Origin: Chrysomallon squamiferum | Lineage: Eukaryota > Animalia > Mollusca | DNA length: 64,000 bases | Assembly (NCBI GenBank): GCA_012295275.1 | Contig: CM022679.1 | Coordinates: 5,456,001 to 5,520,000 of the forward strand | Direction of reading: 5' to 3' | Shown: positions 1-13,492 of the stretch, in pieces | How the letters are laid out: every line of letters begins with the position of its first letter | How positions within the stretch are numbered: the stretch's first letter is position 1 | Program-made: the position numbers and the translations under genes | The notes under the pieces: generated by a model | What the model was told of the DNA's origin: nothing | What the model saw: the letters and a program-made list of their open reading frames with translations, nothing else | Databases searched by the model: none

Positions 1-274
1 ATATTATTTTTTTATTAGTATTATTTTCTCTAGTTTTATATCAGGGTGTGATTTGTGGCTGCATCTGTCATACGGGATCCTCGAAATAACAAATCTCTCA
101 GGTTACTGTCCTCTTTATCAAACACTTCGCAGTTTGAAACACTCGTGATGCAAGTCACGCAGTTTGAACAAAAACAGCATTAAATAAGATCGAAAAATTT
201 GCACGTATTAATGGACATGATAATATGTGCTTCAGTAATGGTTCCCTTGACATTTTCTTATAGTTTTACATATT

Positions 275-276
<2 letters not shown>

Positions 277-368
<92 letters not shown>
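277..368. repeat. (GA)n microsatellite, representative of many (GA)n, (CA)n, (TA)n, (AAT)n, (TAG)n, (TTG)n and (TACA)n tracts across the window
   Basis: Directly visible. Similar tracts lie at about 4170-4220, 12004-12092, 23620-23750, 30343-30453, 37415-37506, 38190-38292, 47296-47357 and 60495-60579, among others. Confidence 0.97.
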
Positions 369-373
<5 letters not shown>

Positions 374-828
374 AACCTGCCAGTAATTTTGAATGAGTGA
401 CACAGAAACCTATTTCTATCAAAAGAAAAAACAACAAGATATTCAATAATATTTGTACAAAAATCTCAAGCTGTTAATCCTCAGCTAAAATAATTTGCCC
501 GAGTTCTTTAAACAAGACATTTATTTCTGACTCTGATCTCACTGGCGCTGTGTTTCTCTCAGTTGTAAAACTGACACGAGTAACTGCATGAAACATTCCA
601 AATCTAAATTTTCCAATTTCCTATTAAAAACCGTTTATTAAATTCTGCAAGTTGGTTTCATTCTCAGCCGAACGATTTTCTCATTTCTCCATTGTATTAG
701 GTAAAATAATATTTTAACATTTGCATTATAATGATCACTGATTTTATGGAGATAAAAAATAATAATAAGATAAAAGAAAAAAGGGATACTGTGTTAAATA
801 CATCAGCAGGAACAGTAATAATAATAAT

Positions 829-862
<34 letters not shown>

Positions 863-3095
863 CTTGTGGTAGTGATGGCGGTAGTATTAGTAGTAGGAGG
901 AGGAGGAGTAATACAAGTTGTAGTAGCAGTAGAAGTAGTAGTAATAGTAATAGTAGCAGTAGCAATAGTAGTACTAGTACTAGTAATAGTAATAGTAGTA
1001 GTAGTAACAGTAGTAGTAGAAGAAGTAACACTAGAAATAACTGTAACTATAGTAGTGGTGATGAACAAGATGATGATAAGAACAACATGATGATAAGAAC
1101 AACAAAAGAAGAAGAAGGTATTGAATTTCACACGTAAACTAATATAAAATAAACTGTAAACGTGTAATACAATTTATATCTGACTTTGATTTAATCAAGT
1201 CACTTGAAGGTCAGACGTCTTGACAGCACTTAAATAGTTGTAACAAAAATAATTAAATTTAACTCAATGGGAATGTTTAAGTTAATGACAGTTTATTTGT
1301 TTTGTTTTGTTTTGTTTTATTTTATTGATTCTTGTTAAGGTTGAGGTCGTCGTTGTAGCTATAATTTATCGGTACTTAAATGTTTTATTGTAATTATCAT
1401 CGACGTCTTCATTTTAATATTATTACTATCGTCATCATCAACGGCTACTTCCTGGTACTACTACTACTTCTGTTACTAAAGTTACTACAATATTTATCAT
1501 TATTACTGCTGCTGCTGTTTTTACTGTTAATAATGTTCTGTACATTTATTCAAAATGCGAAACAAACATCCAGAGCTCCCAACACAAACTGAAACCAACG
1601 AACCTAAACTACTACCACAAGGGTATAAACAATTTCGCATTTCCATGTGATTTCAGCTTAATCGTTATCAATAGCCTAACACACTTGTAGCACCATGTTG
1701 TCGCCATCAAATAGTGATTACTAAATTGCAGTGTCTCCGAATGAAGTATTGTCTTTCCAGCAAATTGCATCTGAATATATCCGCGATGTCTTACTGTTTC
1801 TGATCTGAGGTTTATAATCGCGGACACAGTTTAGACAGTAATGTCACGTCTGTGCGGAATTTCCATGTTAAGAAGGCGAGATATTCGACTAAACAACAAA
1901 GCAATCATTCCTGGGATGGACGCATGGATTTAAGCAGTCATTAACAACAGACATGGAATATAACAGTGGTGACTCGGGAAAGACGAACTGAGGTTAGGTG
2001 CGCAAGCCTAAGTTACAAGGATTGATGGTACCATTAAAATACTAGTGTGGTAGAAGTTGAAGTAACAGCATAGGTAGTAGTGGTGGTGGTGGAGGTTGTG
2101 ATAATAAAAGTGCAAGTAGTAGTAGCAGCAGCAGCAGCAGTAGTAGTAATAAATGAAGTAGCAATATTAGTAGTAGCTAAATAAATAAATTAGTAACAGT
2201 AGTGGACGTACTAGATGTTGCAATATTAGTAGTAGTAGTTGTTGTTGTTGTACTACTAGTAGTAGTAATATTAATATATGCAGTAGTAGTGGTGGTGGTT
2301 GTAGTAGTGGAGGCAGTCTATGGCTATGGGTAGAATGATTATGCTGATTGCAGTAGTATCGGAAGCAATATACTTTTATAATCTTTTCTTTTTTTTTTTT
2401 TTTTTTTTTTTTACGAATTTATATGACTCATAAAAGTGACTCCTTGGAGATCAATTACTGTCATTTAGTGCAGAAAAAACTGGACATAATCTACACATTC
2501 AAAGAAACCAGAGACAACACTCCTACAGTTTTCCACTTAGTGTAAGTGAATATCTCCAACCACTGTCTGCTTTTAGTCACAAGAGATCGTAATGAACCCC
2601 GACGCTGCTACATCGTTCTGTTTGAAATTCACCGGAAACCGGAAATTTTATAATCCTCTGGAGCTTTACTTTTGTTACGAACATCTCCGAGAAGAGCTTC
2701 CCGAGTAATTCGGAAAACATACGAAATATCCCGAAAGTAAGATACGGAAACCGACAAAGAGGAAGAGGTAATCGTTTGACTGATGTCTTCTGTTTGGGAA
2801 AATTACCGTAAGCGTTAATTTCGGACAGATTTCAGAAATCTGTGTCAGGTTTTCGTTCTTCTGTTTGACATTCTAGATTTAGAAGTTTGATAAATTGCTG
2901 TGAATATAGCACAACTTCTTGCAGTCTCTCCTTCGTTCTCGTTATTACTCTCACAGAGCAAATCTTGTGTAAACTCAAATATCCAATCTGTTAAGTAAAC
3001 TGGAAGAGGTTAATAGTCATAACCGTTAGGAATCCAATAAAAGAAAGGTTTATAAGAACCATTAACTTTTCTGTTCTAGGATTAGAATCAGAGGA

Positions 3096-3190
3096 GACAA
3101 TGACAATGACAATGACTTTATTCTCATAAACTGTAGGTTTAGTACAGCTATATAATAACAAAATTAAATTACACATGGGTGGAATGGAGT
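3096..3190 (-). mobile_element. Probable 3' tail of a LINE/SINE retroposon
   Basis: The minus strand reads ...ctgtactaaacctacagtttatgagAATAAAgtcattgtcattgtcattgtc. A polyA signal followed directly by a short (GTCATT)n tandem tail is typical of CR1/L2-type 3' ends. No ORF remains. Confidence 0.45.
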
Positions 3191-4168
3191 TTTGTCCCGT
3201 GAAATGTATATATCATTATTCAAGTTATATTTTTATTTAGTTATTCCGAAATTTTACTTCATAAACTAAAAAGTGTATAACTCTGTGATAACTGCACTGC
3301 ATTTAAAAAACTGGTACCTGGCACTGCAAATGATATACTTTGGACCTTCGTGTAGTTCTTTTCAAATAAAACGTAGACGTAATCATCTACATGTGATTTC
3401 ATATTCTGCTTAAGTTACTTTAGAAAGTATACAAGAATTTCCAGACAAAATGAAAACAAAAATTAAAATGCAAAGCCATATTTAAAGAAAATGTTGAGGT
3501 CTGCTTTGAGGCACTAGTCTTCCCTCCCTTTCACAGATCACGTGTATTCAAATATCTGCTGAACTATATATCAGTTATAATACAATATTTTGTTTCATTC
3601 AAAACTGATAGATAACATGCTAGCAAGTATCTAACTAAAATTCACACCACTTTGTTAAATCAAGCCCTAACTCGATAAAATAATGAAAAAAAAAATTAAT
3701 TAACACTTTCTTTTCTGTTACAGACATACAATACTAATATTATGTAACACTGTTTTTTAGAGTTTAGTTAAGAATTGAGCGAAATGAAGGATACAAATTC
3801 ATGCAGTTCTGCGACAAAGATTCATGTGAAAATAATCAACTGAACTTGATAAAAAGAGCTTGTATACGTTACAAATAATCTGTGAAATCAGGCGTAATGT
3901 TTACGATCACATGCACACATTTTGAATATTTGTCATTTCCTTCAGCTCACTATAGTAAATGAATGGATAATTAATGACAGCACAATATCTTTTAATGAAG
4001 AGAGGAAAGCTGTTGATGTTCTTGGTGCTCAAGTAATCGATTGGAAACCATGGTTATTAAAATCTAACATGTTTTGCTACTGGTTTTTTTTTAAAAACAA
4101 ATTTTAATTTTTTAATTTTTTTTAAACTTTAATTTTTTGTGTGTTTGTCTGTTTGATTGCTGTTATTT

Positions 4169-4223
<55 letters not shown>

Positions 4224-4838
4224 TTAATGTTATTTATTTTAAATTTTATTTTATTTATATGAGAGAGAAAATTCGTTGTCATACTCTTTTTGCTGCCATA
4301 ATCGATTGGAAGCAATGAACATTGTCCATGCAGGTTGTACAGACATCAACGAATATACCAAGATCTTTGATAAACCAGTCTTAGGAGAAGTGTGTATAGA
4401 TGTTACGACAAGTGCTGATTTTAGAGTAGTACTAAATAATAGCATATCACTAACAACAACAATAACCAAAAAAATAATATTTGCTGTTTTTGTTGTTGCT
4501 GTTGTTGTTGTTTTTGTTGTTGTTGTTGTTGTTATTTTGTTATTATTATTATTATTGTTATTATTAAATAACTGATTGCACATACGGATAATAACACGCA
4601 TCAAGACAATTGATAAGGTAAATTGTTTCTTTCTGCCCTCTTCAAACACTAAAAGAAAACCGTATTTAAAAGAAGTGCAATGGATAATATTAACTTACCA
4701 AAAAAAAAAAAATTTAAAAATGGAATGAGGATAAATATTAATTTTTATCATATACAAGAATTTATAATTGGCCAATAAATCTAAAGTTTCAAAGCACGAT
4801 TAATAATAAATAAATAAAAATATATAATTTCCATTAAC

Positions 4839-4892
<54 letters not shown>

Positions 4893-5719
4893 AACATACA
4901 TATATGGTAATAATTTTTTTTTAAAGTGTACATAAGCTGCGCATTCATTTTGTATCATTCACAGAATATGGTCACATAAATCTCACAGGATATTATACAA
5001 ATAGCCTATAACTGACACCTCTTCAGCAGTAAATTTAAAAAAAAAATTCTCCCCATTAATCATTTTCAGGAACGAATGTCACTGATAAATCTTCAGCTTA
5101 GAACATAAAGGAAACATCTTCCATCTACTGTACATACATCACTGGCTGTAAGATTCTGACCTTTAGTTTTTATTTTAAAATAAACGTTCAGATATCGCAT
5201 GCCATTGATAAATAACTCTGTACATCTGAAGTTAAAATTATTTTTTTTAATAAATTCCCATACAAACTAGAAAAAAAAATTAAATTAATAAAATATATAA
5301 ATTAAACGACATTTTTTTATTTTAAATTTAAAAATTAGATGGGTAAAAAATGATACAGTTGGTTGTAATAATTAGCTTACATTATAATCTCTTTAATACC
5401 ATTGGTACAATAATGAAAGTTTATTTTACCTCTTTAATTTATTATATTATAATATTATTATATTGTTGTTCGTAATAAAGAAACTAAAATGATGAAAAGA
5501 AGTATTCCAGTGTTGAAGCTAAAATTCTTTAACAACTAAAATAACCTGCTCAGTGTAGAATCCTATCAAAAAAACTATTTGTTACAGACTGACAGATAAA
5601 ACTGACCTCTTGAAAATTACATCGTATAACATAATACAAGTAATTTTCCATTCATCATCATCCATTCAGATTAAATTAACTGAGTTAAATAAACTTTGTT
5701 TATTATTTAAGAGGATTCA

Positions 5720-6160
5720 TCAAAACAAATGATATTTTCAACTTATCATTCCGTTAAAATAAAAAGTCGTTTATCATATGCAAGAATTAATAGCTGATCA
5801 TTATAATGAGGTCTTCAAAGTATAATTCCGTATTAAAATAAACTACCATTTATCTTTTCCGTGAATATAAAAGAAACCAATGACCTTTTCAACGAAGAAT
5901 TCTACATTAAACTGAAGTTCATTCATCAAGTACGAGAACACACAGCTGACCAAAAATTCAGCTTTCCATACTAAAATAAACTTCATTTATCATATTCAGA
6001 AATTTACAGCCGACCAACAAAAATACATTTTCAGCGTAGAAATCTGTGTTTGAATAAAGTTGTGTTTGTCACAGTTATTTACAACTGACCAATATAATGA
6101 CATTTTCAACGTAGTATTTTATATTAAAATGAAGTACCATTCATCACTTACAAAATCATT
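5720..6160. repeat. Degenerate minisatellite, ~75 bp unit, ~6 copies
   Basis: The motif aatgac(a/c)ttttcaac...attaaaataaa...tt(t/c)atca...cagctgacca recurs at about 5728, 5805, 5879, ~5955 (truncated), 6022 and 6096. Confidence 0.7.
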
Positions 6161-8165
6161 TCACTTGCGAATAACACGGGGATCTTTTGGTCGAATTCAT
6201 TTTGTAAAATAAACTAACCTAGAACTTGTTTGATCTTTGATCGAGACTTGGTCCAAGCTTATAAATTCATCACAATCTTGGACAACATCAGATAAAACCG
6301 AATCTATTTCGAAAACATGAAGTTCAGAGAAAATGTATCAGCTGTTTGCAGTTCCAGTTCCAGTTTGAATGGGATCAATATGAAATCCATTCATCACAGA
6401 TCTCACATTAGTCTCTCCAGTGAAACACGTCTAGATAATTATATGCAGTATTTACTGTTATACTCTCTACAGAATTAAAACACCCCACAGTTCTGAACAA
6501 AGGTGTTAAGAAGATTACCTATTGTGTGTTTCCAGAGATCAAATGATTGATTTCGTGTATCAATAAAGTATTAAATTAAGGCGTAAGAATCTTATCTGGT
6601 CTTCGGCGTACCAATTAAACTGAAACGAAAACTCCTGACAGCAGCTAAATGTTTATTGCTGATCTCTGTGTCGCAATGGTGAAGTAATTGGATTATAGAA
6701 TGGTATGTGCTGGGATCTCACCTCCACACCTCATCATATCTTGTTTATCTGAAGAGTCCTTTTCGCTACTGCTGCTGATGTTGCCGCTGTTCTTTACTTG
6801 TGCTTATGCTGTTATTTCTGTGTTTGTTAGTGGGTTTTTGTATTCAATTTTTTTTTATTATTGTTATTATTATTTGTTATATTTATTTATTTTGTTTTAT
6901 GATTATGTGTATGTGTGTGTACAAATATATATTTCGGTGTTGATTTTCTAGTGAAATATTTGTTGTCGTTTCTTTGTTTCCACTATTTAAAACTATTTAA
7001 AGTCTTCTAAAAGTCTAAACAAATAATCCCAAACTAATTTGACCGCATCTTTTGTAAGCAGAGTATCAGATGGTTGATAGATTGATGGCTCTGGCTGACA
7101 TAAAGAGGTTACAGGTTTTGACAAGTACAATATATTAATGGAAACAAAACATTGTGGCCAGGCACACAAATTAATTAAAGTGACCCTGAATGCTGAGGGA
7201 AATAGTTTAATTTATTGAAATCTTAGTTTCTTTGTTCGTGTTCTTGGTTGATGGATGAATAGAGAGGAGGAAGCACTGACATATGGACACTTGGATTTAT
7301 GTAAGGATGGATGGTTGGATGGTTCGATGGATCTAATGATGGATGGGTGGATGTAAGGATGGATTGATCAATGGATTGATTGATCGATGGGTCACTGACT
7401 GAATGAATGAATTGACGAACGAACGAAAAGTTGGTTGGTTGGATCGGTCGATAATGAATAAATGGTTAGAATGATGAACTTGTAAATGAATGAATAAGAT
7501 GGATGAATTACTTGGATGAAGGAATGTATTGGATTCAAAACTTATGGACGTATAAATGGACGATTGATCAAAATGTTAAAAGATTCCTTTTTACAAAGAC
7601 TACCACAACAAGGATACAGTACATTTATGATAACAAAGCTGACTAAGGCTGTGATGACAAAAGCCACTGCCGCTATGATCACAGTAATTACCGTGTTTCC
7701 CTGCAGGTTGTCAAAATGGCTCTGACGGCTCATACCGGAATGTCCACTGACGACTGCTTTTAACAGGTCTTCGTTGCAAGCCGGACAAACCTTGATATGA
7801 CAGGCCACTTTACTAGCATCATGTCCAGAGGAATAATTAATATCGACCATGAATCCAAGTTCAAGACATGTCGACATGAAAAGAAAAGAAACGTTGACAG
7901 CATATGTGCGTGCAGTGCCAAGTCAGGGACAGGACAAAGAAAGGAATACTTCTGTCTGCAGAGACGACGTCAGTCAGACTAGCTACTGCTACACGGTAGC
8001 AGAAATAAAGTGACGAGTGTTTTCTTTGCAAAACGTTATCACTTAGTCTATGAGACTACAGAGAGGGTTCAAGTAGGAAAAAGAAAGCAATGATTTGTTT
8101 GAAAAGACTGAAAGTGGGAAGCAAAAAACCAAAACAACAACAACAACAACAACAACAGCAGCAGC

Positions 8166-8204
<39 letters not shown>

Positions 8205-9797
8205 GTAAATAAATAAATAAATAAATAACTTAATTAATAAATAAATAAATAAGAAGAGGAAGAAGAAGAAGTAAATAACGAAAACACAATATTTATCTGC
8301 AAATTAAAACTAACCGAGATAGATCCATTATTAAGAAAACCTTAAAGTGTCACTCCAAACAACGATGTACATACATGTGTGTCACGTGACATAATTCTAC
8401 GAAGCCTAAATCTGCTTAAATCTATGAAAAAAAACCGGATAGCTTTGGATTGATAAACAGTAAACAAGACCTGCTTTTCATCACACCTGAATGAAACAAT
8501 ACAAAGAAATGAAGTCAGGAAACCCTTTAACTAACTCGACATTCATTCAGTCAATTTCTTTCAAAGTAATTGCTAATTATATATATTATAGCTTAAAAAC
8601 ACAACAACAACAACAACAAAGAAACAAACAAATGAAGATAATTTAAAATATTACTGGTTTTTAAGAGTTTCAAAAATTTTAATTTTTAAATATTTTAAAG
8701 ATTAAAATTGCTTATAATAGAAACAATAGTTTTATTCTAAAAGTGTACACACTGGACAGAGTCAGACACAGATAAAGAGAGAAAGTGAGTTAAAGTGAGA
8801 GAGCGAGAGAGAGGGGAAGAAAGATAGTGAGAGAGGGGAAGAGTGGGAGAGAGAAAGAAATGGAAAGAAAGATACAGAGACACGCTTAGACAAAGGGAGG
8901 GAGAGAGAAGAGAACAGAGAGAAACATGCGCATAAATAAATATTCACAAATAGAAGAAGAGGCAAAGCAATCGACACGAAATTAAAAAGAGACACACATA
9001 TACACCATTACACTCCACATAAATATATGTTTCGAAACATCACTGACATTTCTTTATTCTTGCACAATATTTCAAGCCTCCTACTGTTTGAACATTCTTT
9101 TCTGTTTGTTTACATTGATTCCATTGCTAAATAAACATGCACTCCATGAACTTCAACAATACGAATTTATCTTCATTGAAAAATATTTTCTTAAGAGGTT
9201 TGAGTTACTGATCATTTAAACATGTAAATGATATACGTAAGTTACTGATTACCGATAGCATCACTAAATAAACGAGTTTCGTGAAGTGTTTAGAAATTAT
9301 TTACTGTATCACTTGTAATTCTCCGAAATGAGTCCATACTTAACACTTCATAATAATAATGATTAACATCGCCATCATCATCATCATCATCGTCGTCGTT
9401 ATTGTAGTTGTCGTTGTTTTTGTTATTATTATTGTTGTTGTTGTTGTTATAAGTGTTTTTATTATTGTTACTGTTCTAATTAATATTATTATTATGATTG
9501 TCGTTTTAAAACGAATTAACATCCCTCTAAATAAAATAATCTCCGTTTACTAAATAAGAAAAACAAATTAACTGTAGAGTACAATGGTTCAATGCACAGC
9601 TCATGATTAAGTATCATTAATGAATTCCTGGTCCATCATCATTATACATCATTATTCTTCACCATCACAGTGAAAATGGTTTATATGTACACATTTAATA
9701 TTCGTTTGAACAAACACACTATTCAAACGCAGAAATATACACACATGTATATACATATAGAAACATATACATGCATGCATACATATACATACATACA

Positions 9798-9833
<36 letters not shown>

Positions 9834-10024
9834 TATATATACATGCATACTTATATACATACATACATTCATAGATACGTACATATACATAACTACTTAC
9901 AGAAACACACACGGACACAGAGACATTTACTGACTGTCTATTACATTACTTGTTATTTTTCCAGGAACATCTCACAATATTCGATGGGAAATGAAGTTAA
10001 TTTATTTGTATGTATATATGTATG

Positions 10025-10057
<33 letters not shown>

Positions 10058-10117
10058 TGCTAGTAAATTAACTTCATCTTCTCTAGAATATAGTAGTATG
10101 TTCCGGGAGAATAAATA

Positions 10118-10858
10118 TAGTGGTACTTTGACTTACGAGTTTAATTCGTTCACGTGATCGAGCTCGTATATCAAATCAATTTTCCCGACTGAAATGAATT
10201 GAAATACCATTAATCCGTTGCAGCCCAACAAAAACCACCCCCTTTTTTGTTTCTGTTTTTAAATAAGAAAAATGTATTTATAATTGACAAGTATTGTAAA
10301 AAAATAAAATAAAAGAGAATGTAAAGAAATAAATTGGTTTTGTAAAGTGTATTTATCTTGGAGATCAGACAAATTATTTTAACGCCTTTTACTGGAGTTA
10401 CAGCATTACTCGACTCCTTCTGCTTCAGTAGTTTACATTTCAAAGAAGTACAACGCTTAGAAGTACTGCCTAGCCAAGTCGACTACAGTCACACCTCGCT
10501 GATGTTTTTCTGTGAATTCAAGCTTTAATTCAATGGACATCTTCTCAGTAATGTCCTTTGCATTCACTTTCTTAGGATCTATGGCCAGAAAAAACTAATT
10601 TGGCAAAATACTGCACAAAACGCGAGCACAACACAACAGAGATGCTTCCGCGGCGAGGTAACCACGGGAAGTAAACAAGTGAGACGCGGGATGCTGGGCG
10701 GAGCTATGTTGTTCGTTGCGCCAACTAGCGGCAGCGTAGCTGAAGCTCGCTCGTATGTCGGATTTCTGCTCGCAACTCAAAGAAAACATTCGACCGGGCG
10801 ACTGCTCCCAACTCGAAAAACCCGTTATTTGGGGCACTCGAGAGGCGAGGTACCACTG
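10118..10858 (-). mobile_element. Non-autonomous Tigger/pogo (Tc1-mariner superfamily) element with both TIRs
   Basis: Ends are TA|tagtggtactttgacttacgag and gaggtaccactg|TA, a CAGTGGTACCTC-type TIR with TA target duplication. A decayed transposase N-terminus lies on the minus strand (..DPKKVNAKD..MSIELK..KQKESSNAVTPVKGVKII). Homologous to 21384-22025. Confidence 0.85.
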
Positions 10859-12000
10859 TATAATAGAAGTATAAATATATATCTATCTAACTACCTACCT
10901 ATATATATATATATATATATAGGTAGGTAGGTACTTAGATAGACAGACAGACAGACAGACAGAAAAAGAGATAGAGAGATTGATCGATATTTACCTCTCT
11001 GTTTCATTTCCCTGGCGAAGGAAGTTAAAGGAAATGATGCATTACAGATTTTTTTAATTAAGAAACCAATTTACTGAGTAATCGAACTTGAAAAGTCAAA
11101 TGAAATTAAGTATCAGTAAACTCTAGGACCTTCCTTCTCTGTTTCTAATCTTCTAAGACACTAATAAACATTTCACATTCTCCTGCTGATAAAGCTGAAT
11201 CGTTTTCCACCATGACAAGGTTTATCGTGAGGTAATTTTCCATTATTAAACAAGAGAAGAAAGGAGAAAAAAAAAAATATCGTTATTCTGGAAATGACCA
11301 GTATGACGGTAATGTTTGAGTAGATGAAGTAACACGATTTCTTCACTTTTAAAACTCATTTACCAGGGGCTGTACTATAATTATGTGACAAATGTGCCCT
11401 GCATTAGATTTAGACTTGAACGCCTGGTTCTCCTAGTTTTTAGCTGGTTACGGAGAATGAAAGAATAAAAGGATGAATGAATGAAAATATCTATCATTAG
11501 AGTATAAAACTATCAAGACCAGAGTTAATAAGAAATAATAAAGTTCAAGATTTATTTATATTCAGCTTCTGGAAACATTCAAACTAATCTTGACAAAGTA
11601 TTGGCTGTTGAATAAGTGTGATGATAGAGTACAGACTGCTAATTATAAACTGTGGAGTGAGATGATAGCTAATTGGACTTTGGCAGATCTCAATGACAAA
11701 CTCAGAAATTGTATCCGCTGCACACATGCTTAAACGTTCTCCGATAAAAAGAAGTAATAATAAAAAAATATATATATATATTAATACCCAAATCTTAGTA
11801 ATAACGTATTTGACTGAGTCATCGTGAGTTGTAGGATGCAACCATCAATGAATCCAGTTATCAGTTTTCCGTTTTACCACGGCTCTGCCGGTGAATTATT
11901 ACACTGTATTAAACGGCGTGGAAATATGTATATAAGATATTTTACTTCTAAAGCTATAATCTTTCCTGTTTTACAGGTATTAAGCAATTTAAGACGTACT

Positions 12001-12095
<95 letters not shown>

Positions 12096-12829
12096 GCTCA
12101 GTTCTTATTTCTCTATTTTTATCTCTTAATCCCTCCTTCTCTACTTCTCTCTTAACACTTCCCTCTCTCTCTCTTTCTCAATCTATCTATATATATGTAT
12201 CTATACGTATATGTGTATCTATCTAGTTTTCTCTCTATCTAGTTATCTCTCTATGTATATATCTATCTATTTATCTATGTATCTATTGATCTATCTATAT
12301 ATCTATCCATGTCTGACTGTGCTTTACGCTTAATATATTTTCTGTTTATAATATCAAACGACACCTCATTTAATACATAAGATACCACATAAGCAAAAGC
12401 CCCACATACACACTTGAACACATAAACATACACACACACTTGAACACACAAACGTGTACACACATATAGAAAATCGCAAAAATTATGTAGAAAACAACAC
12501 GTGCACGTACACAATAGACAGATTTTTATCGCCTGTATATGAAGATTACGATTTTCATTAACTGCGCTTCTTTTGAACAATCAAACCAGCGTGCTGATTT
12601 ACCGCACATAGTGGTAAAACAAATCGATATGGTCACATTTCTGCAAAATATTTCGCCTTTTACTTAATTAATAAGCCACAAAGTAATGGAATAACCTCTC
12701 AGCAGAAAATAATATATGTATATCAGTAATGAAAGTGTTGACGAAAGGGAACTTATGGAAAAGTATTACATAAACTTGCTATGTAATGTGTGCTAGAAAC
12801 GAAGAAGAAGAAAAAGAAGGAAGGAAGGA

Positions 12830-12872
<43 letters not shown>

Positions 12873-13446
12873 GAAAAGAGAAATAGAAGTATATAAAAAT
12901 TAATAATCATAACGATGACAAGAACAACAACAATAATAAGAAGAAGAAAAAGATGATGAAGATGATGTTGATGATGAAATTACAATTCAAGTAACAATAA
13001 CAACAACAAAACCGCAACAATAATAATAATAACAATAATAATAATAATAATAATAATAATAAACAGAAGAAGAAGAAACATTAACAATTTAGTGTAGCAA
13101 TAATAATAATAATAACTATACTGATAACAACAACAATAACGACAACAATGAAAACATCATTAAATAGAAGTGAAGACACTAATAATGTCGAAGGTTTTGC
13201 GACAGTCTTAACAAATTCTACACATGTGGCCAATAAATCACATCCTGTCTAAAAAGCGTTAACTTGATTAACAACTTTCGTCTACACGTCTTTTCTGTGA
13301 CAGTTCACTGTCCACCTCTCTAGAAACACAGATCTTTCATCAGACAAATAACATTAATAAATAATTAAACGTATATACCGGTATTAGTTTATGTTTCTTA
13401 TGCAAACTACCTACTTACTTACCTTCTTATGTATGTATGTGATGTC

Positions 13447-13492
<46 letters not shown>

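Noticed and set aside
199-1131. ORFs with poly-ER, SL, I, L, T, V, Y or N runs, here and throughout (e.g. 9340-9933, 23529-23845, 36496-38381, 52376-52741, 57673-58181)
   Set aside because: They are translations of microsatellites, with no splice-consistent or domain evidence.
7542-7982. Cys/His-containing ORFs in a more GC-rich island
   Set aside because: No domain match is recognisable, and it does not resemble the expected next cyclase exon.
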